Assembly: GCA_003971905.1 (NCBI GenBank)
Contig: RSEE01000070.1
Location: 248,001-312,000 of the forward strand
DNA from: Moniliella sp. 'wahieum'
Lineage: Eukaryota
Direction: 5' to 3'
Length of the DNA stretch: 64,000 nucleotides
Positions 24,454 to 38,505 of the stretch are shown here, piece by piece. The position numbers were made by a program, and so were the translations under genes. Positions within the stretch are counted from its first letter, which is position 1. Every line of letters starts with the position of its first letter. Below the pieces are notes generated by a model. That model ran no database searches, was not told where the DNA came from, and saw nothing but the letters and a program-made list of their open reading frames with translations.

Positions 24454-26300
24454 CCCCCCCCCCCCCCCTTTCCTGGCTTGCCTATGCTACCTCCCCCTCT
24501 GCTGGCCGTTCACATTGTCAAACATCTAGTCGCTCCCCTCCCTCCTTCCACTTTTCCGCTCCCAAAAACCAAAATTGTACTACCAGTTCTCCCCTCTGCT
24601 GGTGCGTGCCAGCGTGCCAGGTGAGCGAGTGCAGCGGATGGAGAGAGTGGAGTGTGTGGATTGCTAGTTGGTTTTCTTGGTTGTCGTTGCCACCTGCACT
24701 GCGCACAGGCCGAAGGGAACAAGGATGCCGAGTAGGGCAGTTCAGCGAGCTCGAGAATGTCTTGTGTTTCCCAGAACACTACAAGCCGGCCAAGCAAGAA
24801 AAAAGGAGAAAAAAGGAGAGAAGGGGAAGAGGGCAGGTTAGTTGGTCTTCGTCCCTTTGTCCACAACGAGGACAACGGATAGTATACCAAAGAGGCAGGG
24901 CACCAACTTCAGGGTCCCTTTTCCCATTGGTTCATGGGCTCTTTGGCTCACTGGTTCATGGATTGCAACGTACCATGGCTAACCCAAAACAAGAACCGGT
25001 TTCTTCCCAGTGCAACTGTTCCGACCAGGGCAACGTCATGGCCAACGCAGGCACACATCCAAACACCACAAGTGCTACACCTGCAGCAGGTCATCGAGCC
25101 AACGCAGTCCGCCACCCCCCGTTCTTCGTCAGTCCCATTTCTCCTGCCAGGCTAGAACGCAGGCATCGGCAGGCGGAGGAGGGGACGCACCTAGTGCGTT
25201 AACCAGCGCGCCCTGAGCGGCATCGAGCATTACTACCGCCGAACGTTGCCATAGGGAGGGCAGAGGAACCACCGTGCCAGCAGCGGACATTTGGCGAGGC
25301 AATGATGCAAAGGAACAACCAACTTCGAGCGGGAAGAGAGGGAGAAGTAACGTGTCTGCTTCGGACCAAAACCTGCCAAAACTCAGTTTTTGGGGGGGTA
25401 AGAGCGGTGCGGCAGGGGGGTAGAGACGTGGCAGCGGATCCAAGTGTTGTTGGCAGGGAGTGGCGATGGATGGTCGTGTGAGGAGATGCAGGCTGCGACA
25501 CAAAGGGTTCTGGTTTAGTGTGAGCTCTCGGCTGACGTGGGTGCCAACTGTGACATAAGAACAGACGGAGGACGGGGAGTCTGGCTTGACGTTATCAGAA
25601 GACCCATGCTGTTATTTGGCCGACCGGAACTACTTGGGCTTGAGTGGATTGCTATCGCTGCAAGTGAGTTGGCACACGCACAGCTTGATGACTCGATCAC
25701 TGGTCACTCCAGTGACAGAGTACTCGCGCAGTCAGCTAGTGCCAGACTCTAGCTTGACCGGGTAGGGATCGGTGATCTCGCATCCACTGCCAATCTCTCT
25801 GCCTCGTCCATACATTCCCCCCGCCGATAAAAGACCACCCACCACCTCCAGGCTATATCGGGAGCGCACCTCCACGGCCTCAGCTCCATCTACGCGACAC
25901 ACCATATATGCCACTTACTCACCGCAGACCATTCTGAGTGCAAGATGGATTTTTTTCGAGGAGGGATATCTACCGTTTAGAGGTAGACCGAAGTCTCTCA
26001 TCCCATCCCACCACAATGGGCCCAGGAGCTGGGAGTAGAGAGACCTGGTACCAGTCCTCCTCATCCCCCGCCCGGTCACCTACTCCAAGGCACCGTTCAC
26101 CAGCACACGCACCACACCACCGCACTCGCCCCCGCGCCCAAGGGAGGCAAGGTGCGGTCAAGGTGATACGGGCCCGTCCCGCTACATGGGGAAACCGAAC
26201 GGGAAAAGGAGGGAAAGGAGCAAGTGGAGCGCATAGTCTGAGTCCGGCTCCGGGACGGGGAAGGGGGGCGGGGGAAAGGGGAGGGAGAGGGAACCTAGGT

Positions 26301-28312
26301 TTAATCACCCAGGAAGAAGTAGTCACCCGACAGTTTCTGCTCCTTGTCCTTGACCGAGTCGGCCTTGTTCACACGAGGACGCAGGTTGGTCGGGTCACGA
26401 CGCATCGTGACGCCCAAGGTGGCCAGGAAGGAGTTCATGCCCGTCAAGAGCGATTCGGGCGACTTGGCCACAGCGTTGATGGAGGGCGTACCCTCGTAGA
26501 CAATGACGCGGTCCGCAAGGTAGGTGGCCATAATAATGTCGTGCTCGATCACCATGGCTGTCTTCTTGGAGTGGAGGATAAAGCGCTTGATCATCCGCGC
26601 TGCTAGGATACGCTGTTCCGAGTCGAGGTAGGCCGACGGCTCGTCGATCAGGTACAGATCCGCGGCCGTACCCAGCGCCAAGACCAGCGCGACACGCTGC
26701 AACTCACCACCCGACAAGGTCTGGACTTCTTGGTCGATAATGTTGTCGAGGAACATGGGCTTGACCACGTCGCTCTGGAATTGAGGGTGCATAAAGGCCC
26801 CCTTGATCTTCTTGAGCAGCAGCATCCGCACCGTACCCTCAAACTTGGGTGCAATCGTCTGCGGCTTCATCGATACCTTCATCTGCGGCAACTTGTCCCC
26901 ACCCTCGTCCGGCTTCAACTTGCCCGCCAGCATCTTGACAAACGTCGTCTTGCCCGTCCCGTTCTCGCCGAGGAAGACAAGAATCTCAGAATCGTTAAAG
27001 GAGCCAGGCTGGATCTCGAGGGAGAAGTTGCCAAGCTTCTTCTTCATTGCTGGGTACTTGTACGCCCGGTTGCTCTCCACCACCGTGTCGTCGGCCGTCT
27101 CGGCAATCTTGAACGTCAAGCTCTCTTCGCGGAAACGCATGTTTTCAGCCGGGATGTAGCCATCCAGGAAGATGTTGATGCCCTCACGAACGGGGTAGGG
27201 AACAGTAACCACACCGTACACCGAAGGCACACCGTACAGGCAGCACACATAGTCCGAAAGGTAGTCCAGCACACTCAAGTCGTGCTCGACGCAAATGACA
27301 TACGTGTCGTCGTCCAACATGTCCCGAATCATTCGCGCCGCATTGAGACGCTGCTTGACATCGAGGTAGGACGACGGCTCGTCAAACATGTACACGTTGG
27401 CGCGCTGGACGCACGACATGCCAATGGCAAAGCGCTGCAGCTCTCCACCGGACAAGTTCTTCACGTCGCGGTCCAACACAGGCCTCAGGTCCAGCGTAGC
27501 CACAATCTGCTCCTTGTTGTCCCGCTCCAACTTGCCATCGAGCATCTGCGATACTGTCGCCTTACCCTTGACGGCACGAGGGATGTGGTCGACATACTGG
27601 GGCTTGATGAGCGCCTTGATGTTGTCCTCCAGCACCTTGGTGAAAAAGTTCTGCAGCTCCGAGCCACGGAAGTAGCGCAGAATTTCTTGCCAGTCAGGCG
27701 GGTCCGAGTAGCGGCCCAAGTTGGGCTTTTGCTTGCCAGCCAAAATCTTCAGCGCGTCGACTTGCCAATTCCATTGGTACCGACCAGACCGAGCACTTGG
27801 CCCGCACGAGGCTGTGGCAGCCGATGCAGCTTGAAGCTGTTGGGGCCGTAGCGGTGGGTAACCTCCGAGGTCAAGTTGGTGGGCAGCTTGATAATCGTAA
27901 TCGCCTCAAACGGGCACTTTTTCGGACACTGCATTCACAAAACACGCAACCGACACACACACACACACACACATCAGTCAGTGGACGCACTAGCGAAAGA
28001 AACGAGGGGCAAGCGAGGGGTCGAAACACACAATACCACAACCAATGCACAGTTGCTCAGAGATAAACGCAATCTTGCTCGAAGGTGTGACTTCAATGCA
28101 CAGACGGCCCATCCGGACCACCGGGCAGGAACGCTTGCATTCCTGGTTGCACTTTTTGGGCTTGCACTTGTCGGTGTTGACTGGAAGGAGCGAGTTAGGA
28201 GGATCCGGGGCGGAGAGGAGGGGGGACGGGGACGGGGACACGTACCAATGGCAATGCGCTGTTCCTTCTCGACAGGCTCAGAGCTGCCGGTGACCTTTTT
28301 CTTGGGCGGCAT
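26301..28312 (-). CDS. RLI1: ABCE1/Rli1 ribosome-recycling ATPase
   Basis: Fe-S domain [37 protein letters not shown]. Walker A motifs GTNGIGKST and GENGTGKTT; two LSGGELQR signatures. Introns near 28245-28181 and ~28040-27930. Confidence 0.98.
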
Positions 28313-28936
28313 GGCGGACAGCTAACAGCGGTGGTGGTGGTGGTGGTGGTGGTAGGCCAGTCGAGAGGTGGGCAGCGGCGGGCAGCGCAACTGCTCCGTT
28401 CCGCCGTCTGAGGTTGAGGTTTGGTGGGTCTTGGCTGCCTATGCCCTGCTCGCCGGCTCACCCTCCGCCTCACCCATCCACGCGAAGACTTTTTTTTTCC
28501 TCTCTCGGCGCGGCTGCCATTAATAATAAATTCCGCCTGACACTGTGGGGTGCCGGGAGTGAGAGGCGGAACGTACAACCTAGGGACGGCCACAGTGCTG
28601 CCGTGCGGCGTCTGCGCCTGTGGTTGGTTTGGCCATCCAGGGGACGACCAGACGAAACACGGGGGCAGTGAGTGGAATCAGACCAAAGTGGGTGCAATGT
28701 GGAACGAATGGGGCCCACCACATGCGCATGAGCCCTGGTCACGTGATCTCCTGATTGCGATGGGTAGGCGCAGCCGCTTCAACGCACATTTTGTCAGAAA
28801 TCCCCCGCGCTATGCTCATTTAACTTTCGTAGAAGCGAGTCACCAGCCAGTCCAGTCACCATAGCCCCCTACTCAAGGTTATCACTACCCACCATCCTGC
28901 CTGTTGGCTTGCTGGGGCTCTCTCTTGTCTACCACC

Positions 28937-30821
28937 ATGTTCCGGCAAGGCGTTGAGGGGTGTGTGCTTGCTGTTCTCACGCGCACACTCTCTCGATCTT
29001 ATACTTTCTAGCACTCGCCCTCTCTCTAACCCTCTCTTCTCTCTCTCATCGACCTGCAGATCGTGGACCTGATGGCCTCCAGCGTCATTAGCTCGGATTC
29101 GGAACGGTTCTTGAGGGGGAGGTGAACGCCATGAACATTGGCGACAGCTTGAACTCTACTGGATCCGACGATGAAGGCTCGGTCGAAGACTTTATTTTGA
29201 CTTTGGCAGCGATTCAGATGGCAATGAACCCGGGATCATGAGCCCCCAATGGGAAGAGGACTCCGATCAAAAATGCCCTACGAGGTCGACTGCTCCCCGC
29301 TTACCGAGCGGCAGCTGGTTAGATGGAAACCGAGATGGTCCACGACGTGGCTACCACGTTCAATTACGATGTACGTCCTTCTCCCTCATTTCCCCTCTCC
29401 TATGATCCACCCCTTCAATCGGCCATATAGCTAACCTTTCCATTGTCCTCCTATTTGGTACTTCTCCCCTCCTCCAGATGAACGAAGCAGCAACGCTGCT
29501 GCGCCACCTCAAATGGGACAAAGAACGCTTGTTTGACCAACTTATTACATGCCCACATGATTTGCACATGGAAGCTGGCGTCCTGCTGAATGCCCCCCAC
29601 CGACCAGTCAGACCTGACGGCCGTCGACGATTTACCTGTAAGGTGTGCACAGTTCTACTGAGGAGCTGGTCCAGTGGCTTCGTCTGCTACACGACAGAGC
29701 CACGACCAGGAGGGGACAACGATGCAGGTTCTCGGGCTTGCATGTGGCACCGATACTGCACCGATTGTTATACCCACTGTCTTACGCTGCAGATTGAGGA
29801 GTACCAAGCACCTGGAACAATCAAGTGCATGAACGACTGCAAGGTGGTGTTGGGGGACGGGCTAATCAAGAAGCTGGTGTCAGTCGAGGTGTGGGCCAAG
29901 TACCGTCGGCGGCTCAACCGGTTGCTGGTGGACCACCTTGGTTCGTTGCGCTGGTGTCCTAGCCCAGGGTGCGACATGGCGGTCCAATGTAGTATTAGTA
30001 TCCCTTCCTCGTCGCGTCGGTGGGCTATGCTCGACCCGGCTGTCACCTGCGGCCGTCGTGGTCATGCCCCGTTCTGCTTTGCTTGCGGCCACGAGGAGGC
30101 GCATGCCCCATGCCCGTGCCCGATCGTCCAGGCGTGGTTGCAAAAGATGTGCGATGAGAGCGAGACGTTCAATTGGCTCCGGTTGCATACCAAACCCTGC
30201 CCCCACTGCGCATCGAGCATCGAAAAGAATGGCGGGTGCAACCACATGACCTGTCGCCAATGCCGGCACGAATTTTGCTGGGTCTGCTCGAGAGACTGGC
30301 ACATTACACCGACGCGTGGACTTGCAATCGGTTTCTTCCCCAAGACCAACAGAACCAGAGGGACGCGAGGGTCGCATTGATGCGGTACCAACATTACCTT
30401 AAGCGGTATCGGAATCATCACCGTTTGCCCAACTGGACGAAAAGTGGGCCCGTAATGTGGTTGGTCAAGTGCACCAGCTCCAGAAGAGAGCCAGCTAGGT
30501 TGGACTCCGTTGAACGTGTTGCAACAGATGGCTGTGCCTGCAGCAAGCGATCTCGGCAACGCTCAAGTGGACCTATGCCATGGCGTTTTACCTCGAGCGC
30601 AATGCGGAGGTAGAGATATGGGAGGACAATCAAGCGATTTGGAAGCGCGTCGAAGAGTTGTCCGAGAGCAATTCCAGACCACCATCCACCCGGCGACGTG
30701 GCAGGCGTTCCAAGCCAAGGTGCGCGCGACTTGGCCGTCTATGCGGAACGCCGCCGCCAAGGGTGGTGTCAAGCATACGTTACAGGGGTTTGAGGAGGGA
30801 CAGTGGAAGTTTACCATCTAG
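28937..30821 (+). CDS. Ariadne-family RBR E3 ubiquitin ligase (RING1-IBR-RING2-Ariadne); 5' end uncertain
   Basis: Reads LLRHLKWDKERL, HRYCTDCY, IBR RWCPSPGCDMAV..FCFACGHEEAHAPCPC, RING2 TKPCPHCASSIEKNGGCNHMTCRQCRHEFCWVC, then ALMRYQHYLKRYRNH and KWTYAMAFYL. Many frameshifts. Confidence 0.85.
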
Positions 30822-32681
30822 TGGTGGTCATTTGGCTCGCTCCATCCAGCTCTACTCAGGGCAACCTCATCATGGTTCCCTCTTTACCTGTGGCTGTTCT
30901 TACGTTTTTGATGGGAGCACACCATGTATGTACTTTTCCCCAGTAGTAACCTGTCTGACCGTCTACTTCTATTCAGGCTGGAATCGATGAGGATATCGAT
31001 TGAGATTCGGATGTGGAACTTCGTCAGGGGGTATACCATACGAAAAGGAGTATAGACAGCAGACATTCGGGGGTTTGTCCGCTCCGCGTTGTTGTTCCAG
31101 AGGGCGGACAGACGAAGCGCTTTGGGGGCGCAGCACTGCGCGCCCATCTTCGTCGGAGCACAGGGTGCACAACGTGTATAATCAACTGTGATACTTGTGG
31201 GGGAAGGGGCTATAAGCGCCAAGCTGAGCGCTCAGGAGCGCACGTTAATAAGCGTTATAAACCTGTTCTTAATGGACTATGGCCGGCAGATCGACAGGGC
31301 GGGACAAAGACAGGGGGCGGTTCCTTGGCGCGGGTCCAGCCGGCGGGTCTGAAAGGATCTGAGATGATCGAGGAGATCAAAAGAGAGTAAGGAATTTGAA
31401 GCTGGAGGCGGGGGAAAGAGGAAGAGGGGAAAAAGGATGATCGATGAGAGGGCTAGGTCCCGCCAAGTAGAGAGAATGTAATAGCGGGGATGGTCAATGG
31501 TGGACGGTGGGGGTGTGGAGGGGGGTGGAGGCGCCGCCGCTGGTCAGCGACACAGCGACGATGAGGTACAACAAACCAAAGCTTGCGATGGTTGGGTGGG
31601 GCAGGTGGAGCACCGGGGCGTAGCCCGAGCAACTTAGACTTTTATCGATGTGTGATGTCTGATGCATGGTGTGTCTGATGCATGATGTGGAAAAGGGGCG
31701 CCGAGCGAGGAGAGCGGGTTGGAACGGGCAAGAGTGGCGGGGTGCGTGGGACAGGAACATGCGCCCAATGGCCGCAAGCCACAGGGGGACGCAGGGGCGC
31801 TGGGTGGTCTTGGGTGGCGCATGCAGCATGCTGCATGACGTCAGCGTGCCTCCGCCGGTTGGAGATGGGATGGGCTGGCATGGGCTCTGGGATGGGGGCT
31901 TGCTGGCCGCCGCAGCGGCTGGGCTGGCTGTGCTGGGTGCCCCACCGCGGACGCTCTGGCGGCTCAGCCGGCGGACTGAGCCAGTGCGAGGAGCCAGCTG
32001 GACCTCAGCGCCTCAGCGCGCTGTGTATGCCAGTGCGACTCGGCCATGCTCTCGGTGTCTGAATTAGCTCTGCTTTGCTCCGCAGTCTGGCGACGAGAGG
32101 AAGGGAGTGGGGCGAGTGAATGTCCTGGGCGATTTGATGATCGAGGAGAGGGTGCAAGGCGTGTAAGTGAGAGACCAGACTAGCAAGGACGATGCGTCGC
32201 AACTGGTAGCACCATACGGAGATGGGTGGCGGAGCGCAAGTGCTGACACACGGCAGGCGGGCAGACGACGTGACGCGTGATGGGGAGGGGGGAGTGCGGC
32301 CGTGCGCTGCGGCAGGCACTGGCGCACTCTATCCCTTGCCCGTCCCAGCAGCTACCGCATGCTTGCGTTCCGCGTACGTTGAGCGTTCACGCGTTCACGT
32401 TCAGGCGCTCTCTCATCCACCGCATCCTCACCGGTCAGCGTAACCCCTCAGGGCCTCGCTTGCGCTGCAAGGAGAGGTGGGTGACAACACTGGCCCAGTG
32501 CACGCGCATGTCAAGCCAAGTGCACTTTAATCCAGTCGGCCCAGTCGAGACCAAGAGGAGGCGCATCTCCCAGACGCCAGTGTGCGTTCTCGTGTCCTTC
32601 TGCTTCCTTCTCTCCTTCTCTCTTTCTCCTTCCCCTTCTCCGCCTCTTCCTCTTCGTTCTCCTCCTCCTCTTGTGGACCCC

Positions 32682-35600
32682 ATGCCCCACAGCCCACATC
32701 CGCGCCCGCCATCCCGCGCCCCGCTGCGCCCTCTCCGCGCAACTAGGTCCTTGCTGCCCACCCTCCCGCCCTCCCCCGCCTCCTTGCCGCTGCCTCCACC
32801 ACCTCCACTGCCTCCACAGCCCCGATGCCCAGGCCGAGGTCCTCGCCCTTATTGTCCAAGCCTCGGCTCAAGAAGCAGCACAAGGGTGGTCCAACGGAAG
32901 CTATGTGGTGGACCACGCCACGCGCCAAGTCTCGCCGAGCCCTACCTCGCTGCCTCGCCTCACTCCTGCTCCCGAAACTACTGAACTCGGCCTGCTGTCC
33001 CCCTGCTGCTGCAAGCCTGCCAACTGTGGCTGTGACAGTGAGCACCCCTGGAGCAAGCTCCGAGACCAGCGGCACCTCCCCTCTCCCTCCTGCCAGTGTG
33101 GACAAGCGACAGTGGTACGAGTCGGACCCTATTGCCGACCTCAAGCTGGGCGGAGTGCCGAGCATGCCCTCATGCCAGGCCTCAGCTGCAGATGCTGCCA
33201 CCCCCCGACTCGCCCGAATTTATGCTGGAGCATTTCTCCAAGATGGCCGCTATTGGTCGGGCTGCTCGCTGGCCCAGTCGCCTCTGCAGCCAAGGCCAAC
33301 CGGCCACCTCCAACACCCCACCCCACCCCAGATCTGTCCATCCCCCAGCCTATGCCGCCTCCTCTCCTTCCTCTCCGCATGCAGCCCATCCCCCGTCCCT
33401 CTCGCTCCACCCGTGCTGGTTCTGCTGTTGAAAGACAACGACGCCACACGCCCCAAAGCTTTCCCATTCCGGTGGTCCAGAGACGCCCAACGGTACTGCA
33501 CAGGCTGGATGGTGGATCCCCCGGACGCCCTTGATCGGCTCCAGCAAGCCTACCAGTACTGACGCACCTTACTTCCAGCCTTCGTACGTGTCTCTGCCCT
33601 CATTACCATGCACTTGGGCGTTGTTCTTTTTGTGTTCGTTGATGCTGACAATCAACTTCTTACCCGATACGTTACCTCGATACCAACAGGTACCACTCTG
33701 AGCCAAGAAGAGTTTTCCGCTTTGGCTAGCTTTGCTGCCTGCACAACCGCCGCTCTGACGCGCCGAGTGGCCACGAGGGACCCTGATTCACCCTCTGCCT
33801 TCCTCCCCTCGACCCGAGGAGCAAGCCGACCTGATCAACCAGCTCAAGGCCTGGGCTGGACTTGAAGGTGATGAGAAGCAAGAAGCAGCGCTTAAGTACC
33901 TCGAGGAACGAAAACGGCAGAGTCTTGCGCCTTCCTTTCCATCCTGCCTCCAATGGTGATTCAGAGAGCGAAGCGCGTGTCTATCCAGCCTACTTCCCAC
34001 CCGACTTTGCTAGCCACTACCAAGCACTTCTACGAGCCTTGACCGAAGGGTACTATGAGCGCATCCATCTCGAGGACATTGACCGCGCTAAAGAAAGAGA
34101 GAAGCACAACGCAAATCCTTTTGGGCCAGCGGCCCAACCTCCCACATCATCCTCCGCCTTTCCCTTCTCTGCCGCTCCCGCAGCGGAGACGCAAGAGCAG
34201 AAACTTCTCGTGGTACGCAAAGCCCTGGAGGGCCAGAATGATGCGTTGTATGGCATGCCCGGCCCCGCGTACAGCACTTCGAACGTTACCCACCCTCCCC
34301 CAGGAGCAAGATCCGGCAATGCTGATCGTCACAGGGGCGACGGCGAGCCAATCGGACATAGGGTCCGAGTAGTCCGAGAAAGCTGCTCCAGTTTGCTCAT
34401 CACCTGTTGCTACCTCTCTGCCGGGAACTAAGACGCTGCATCCTACTTTACTCCCTTTGCTTCACGTCCTCCATGGTCTCCACCCGCTCCATCTGCCCAC
34501 GCTGCTTTTGTCGTGTGCATTTATACTGCGGGCGATTACCATGGCTCGCTCTGGTACAACACCCTCATCTGCGCCTTGATCCAAAGTACGTGGAGGCAAT
34601 GAGCAACATTGGTACTACTCTCCGATCTCTGGGCCGATGGAACGAAGCGGAGCAGTGGTGGTGGCGCGCGATTCGCATCAAGCCAGGGTACTGGGACGCG
34701 TACGACAATTTGCTTGGCGTACTCTGCAACGACAAGAAGAAGGTGCTGGTTCTTTACTGTCCCCGCTTGGTACGCAGGCTGGCGTAGAAAGTTCGGCCCT
34801 ACTCCTACCCCCTGTCGACTTGCCCGCAACGACACCCAAAGTCGTTATGGGACACGCACGTTTCGACCAGGCACTGGCGCTTTGTGAGTTGGTGGAGCAG
34901 CACGTTACTGGACAGACCTCCCCAGGCATCGCTACGTGCCCCACTGCGTTGCCGGCGGTTCAGATCCCACGACTACAAAACCTACTACACCAAGGGCAAT
35001 CTCAAGTACGTGATGGCCATTACTCGAACCAAGAGGCTGCCAAGGAGTACGAACACGCAGTCGAGCTCGTCCTTCGCCTTTGCCCTCGCTCGCACGCAAC
35101 TTGCGCGATTTGGTGGTGGCCACTTGTATTGGCGCCATTCTTACTTTCGCGTCGACGTGCCGGGCTGCCTCGATGCCCCAGTACGTCTGGCCAATGCACT
35201 GGGCATCAACCTGGCTGATCCCTTGCAGGCCCAGATGGTGGGCCGGGGTAAATATGAGGCACTCTTGCGGGAAGGATTGGTGAGCGCCGTGCACCGTGGT
35301 GGTGATGCTTTGGTTCACACTTTGCTCGAAATGGGCAGGGGCTACCCCCCATGGTCCTCTTAACCCCGCCAGCTGCTGCCACATTGACGGCTGTGCTCTT
35401 CGAGTCGACCCATGGGTATCTCCCTCGCTTGTCCACAGGGTCGGGGGGACGCGGCGGCAGTCAGCACGTCGGTTCAGGCGGCCAACAGCGCCTTGTCGAC
35501 GGTGCTCATCACCCTGTCCAAGCTCTACCAGGATGCAGTTTCGAGCCTGGCCGCGGGACCGCATGCTGCGTTAACGTTGGCTGGCATTCCTCGAGTGTGT

Positions 35601-38275
35601 CGCTGCTGCCCATGTACTATCTTGCTCTCTCGGTTCATCCCTCGGCTTCCACATGCAACAACCTCGGGATCATCCTTTCCTCCATCCCCGTCTCTACCAC
35701 CATCTATGCCTCGGGACAAGCCAAGATGGTGTCGGGCCAGACCTTGGCGTTGCACTACTACCAACACGGCCTTCACTTGGACCCCAATCACCCCCATCTT
35801 ACACCAACCTGGGCAGCTTGATCAAAGAACTGGGCAACCTCCCGGAAGCGATCGGATGTACACCAAGGCGGTCGAGTGCAACCCAGTGTTTGATGTGGCA
35901 CTGGCCAACCTAGGCAACGCAATCAAAGATCAGGCCGGACCCAAGATTCGTGGTCTATTACCGTCGTGCTGTGGCAGCCAACCCCAACCCCGAGGCCTTG
36001 TGCGGACTGGTCAATGCGCTGTTGGCCATTTGCTCGTGGGAGGACGTGTACGGAGGACCGAGGTTGATGGACCGGGTGTGTGCAGCTGGTCAACCGACAG
36101 CTGGACGAAGGGAGAGTGTATGGGGCCGGTGCTGGCCTCGGATGCTCCGCCACAAGTTTGGCTCACTCGGATCTTGGCCACATTTGGCGACTACTCGCCG
36201 TTGGCCCAGGCCGAATGGGGTCGGAAACTCGAGGTCCTCTTTGCTTCGTCCCCCTGTCCGTCCAGGGCGCTAGTGCCCGTCCGGTGATGGCAGAAGGATC
36301 GTTCTTGCTTCGTGTGGCGGAACGCGGGTGCGCGACGGGCCATGCGGCGATGGTACCTTGACTGTGCCAGGGCGAGCCAACAACAGAATACACTGATTGT
36401 TCCGCAGCGGCAACTGCACGAAGCGCACAAGTACCCTCGCATTCCGTTGCCGGCACGGATGGTGTCGGTGGTGGTACCGACGGTGCTGCCGTTCCATACG
36501 TTTACTATCCCCTCCCTGCCCGGCAAATCCGGTTGATCTGTCACCGCAATGCGCTCGCATCTGCATGCCACCTTGGCCCAAGGGTGGGTCCCCCACACGT
36601 GTATCCCCCGCCGGCCATGCCCATGGGGCGACTCAAGGTGGGCTACATCAGTTCGGACTTTAACAACCATCCGCTTGCCCATTTGATGCAGAGTTGTTTT
36701 GGCATGCATGACCATACGCGATTCGAAGTATTTTGCTATGCCACCACGCCGCCGGACGGATCGCCGTACCGGCGCAAGATCGAGGCGGAAGCCGAGCACT
36801 TTCTCGACGTGTCGGGCTGGGCGAACGAGGTGTTGGTCCAACGGATCGTTTCGGATGGCATCATATCTTGGTCAACCTCAATGGCTACACCAAGGGCGCG
36901 CGGAACGAAGTGTTTGCCGCTCGGCCGTCGGTCCAGGTAGAGTTTATGGGGTTTGCTGGGGCCTTGGTATCAGGCTGGACTGATTGGATCGTGGCTGATC
37001 CATTGCTTGTCCTCCCGAAATGACGTCGCCCACCCAAGCCCGCTTGGCCAGCTCTTCCTCTTCTTCCCTGGCCAGTGCGGCGGATTTTGTAGGGGACTTG
37101 GACCCCGAGGGAGCACGAGAGGATTGGGTGTACAGCGAACGTTCATCTACATGCCCCACTCGTACTTTGTTACCGACCACAAACAAGGCTTTCGCGAGCC
37201 CGAAACCAACTTGCCCCTTCTTTGCCCCTTACGCCCGATGCGCTGGGCCGAAGAGGAACAAACGATGGCTGGCACGACGGGAACTGTTCCCCCACCTGCC
37301 AGAGGAGTATGTCATCTACCTGTTCCTGCCAACTGTACAAGATTGATCCTACCTTGTTTGACTTATGGCTGCGCATCCTCCGTCGCGTCCCGCACTCATC
37401 TTGTGGCTACTCAAGTTCCCCGCCGCAGGCGTGGACCACTTGCAACGTGCCGCCCGCTTGAGCGCCGGGGACGACGTGGCCGCGCATCGTATTTACCGAC
37501 GTGGCACCCAAAGACGTCCACATCCACCGCGGCCGCATCGCCGACTGTTCCTCGACACGACCGAATGTAATGCCCACACGACCGCGGCCGACGTACTCTG
37601 GTCCGGCACACCCGTGCTCACCTGGCCCAAGCACCACCACAAAATGTGCTCGCGCGTCGCAGCGTCCATTGTGACCGCGACGGGCACAGGCGCGCAGTTG
37701 GTCACCCACTCGGCCCAAGAGTACGAAGACCGCGCGGTCCAACTCGCCTTGGGTGCGGTACACGTATTTGGACGCCTGCGGGCAGAAGGTGGTCCCTCTT
37801 CTACTCCTGCTGCTGCTTTGGCTCCTTCGGACCCGGTCGGCTCCTTCCCCGCTTCGGCCTTGGCATGCAACCCTTCAGCTCCTACGGCTGTCGCGCCCGG
37901 TGGCGTGCCCAGCGCAGGACGCACCCCGTTCCTGCAGGCAATGCCGCCGTCGCTGGCACCAGCAACAGCAGCAGCAACTGGTTGGAGCACGTTACTTGCC
38001 GCGCGGGGCTGCGGCGCCGTGGCGGCAGTGACGCGGCAGGGCGAGGGCGAGCTGGTGGAGCTCGTCGGTTCTTGTTCTTGTCGCGGGACTCGTCGGCGTT
38101 GTTGACACGCAGGGCTGGATGCGCTCGTTGGAGCGCGGGCTGGAGGAGGCGTGGCGCCGCTGGGTCGCTGGCACGGATGCGGAGGATACCCGAGTACCGC
38201 GCCTTGCCCCCGGACGCACCGGAGCGCATCAGCCCGCACATCTGGGTCGACCAGCCGGTGCGGCCGAGTGGGTAG
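32682..38275 (+). CDS. OGT: O-GlcNAc transferase (GT41, TPR plus catalytic domains)
   Basis: TPRs: YVEAMSNIGTTLRSLGRWNEAEQWWWRAIRIKPGYWDAYDNL, YTNLGSLIKELG, ALANLGNAIKDQ. Catalytic motifs: RLKVGYISSDFNNHPLAHLMQS, ILVNLNGYTKGARNEVFAARP, QLYKIDP, FLDTTECNAHTTAADVLWSGTP. Heavily frameshifted; start uncertain. Confidence 0.93.
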
Positions 38276-38505
38276 GCGAGGATCCAATGGAACAAGTTCA
38301 GATGGGCAGTGGGTACTGACTTGGTGATATATACTGGGAGGATGGGGGCACGTGATGAGAACACGTGATGGTGTGAGCGCGTTAGGTAAGCAGCAGGCGT
38401 GGGAAGAGACGGGCTGCGAGTGGGACAGGCGAGGACGAGGGCGTGCTCGTCGTGTGACCAGCGTGCTCCACGTCTGCTCGGCGCTGTGCTCGGCTTGTTG
38501 CTGCC

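Noticed and set aside
24500..26290. ORFs between RPB9 and RLI1 (e.g. 24606-25202, 25938-26606)
   Set aside because: No recognisable motifs or convincing gene structure; likely UTR and intergenic DNA between convergent genes.
28739..28746. TCACGTGA (Cbf1-type E-box) between RLI1 and the Ariadne gene
   Set aside because: A single 8-mer, also present downstream of calmodulin; not enough to call a site.
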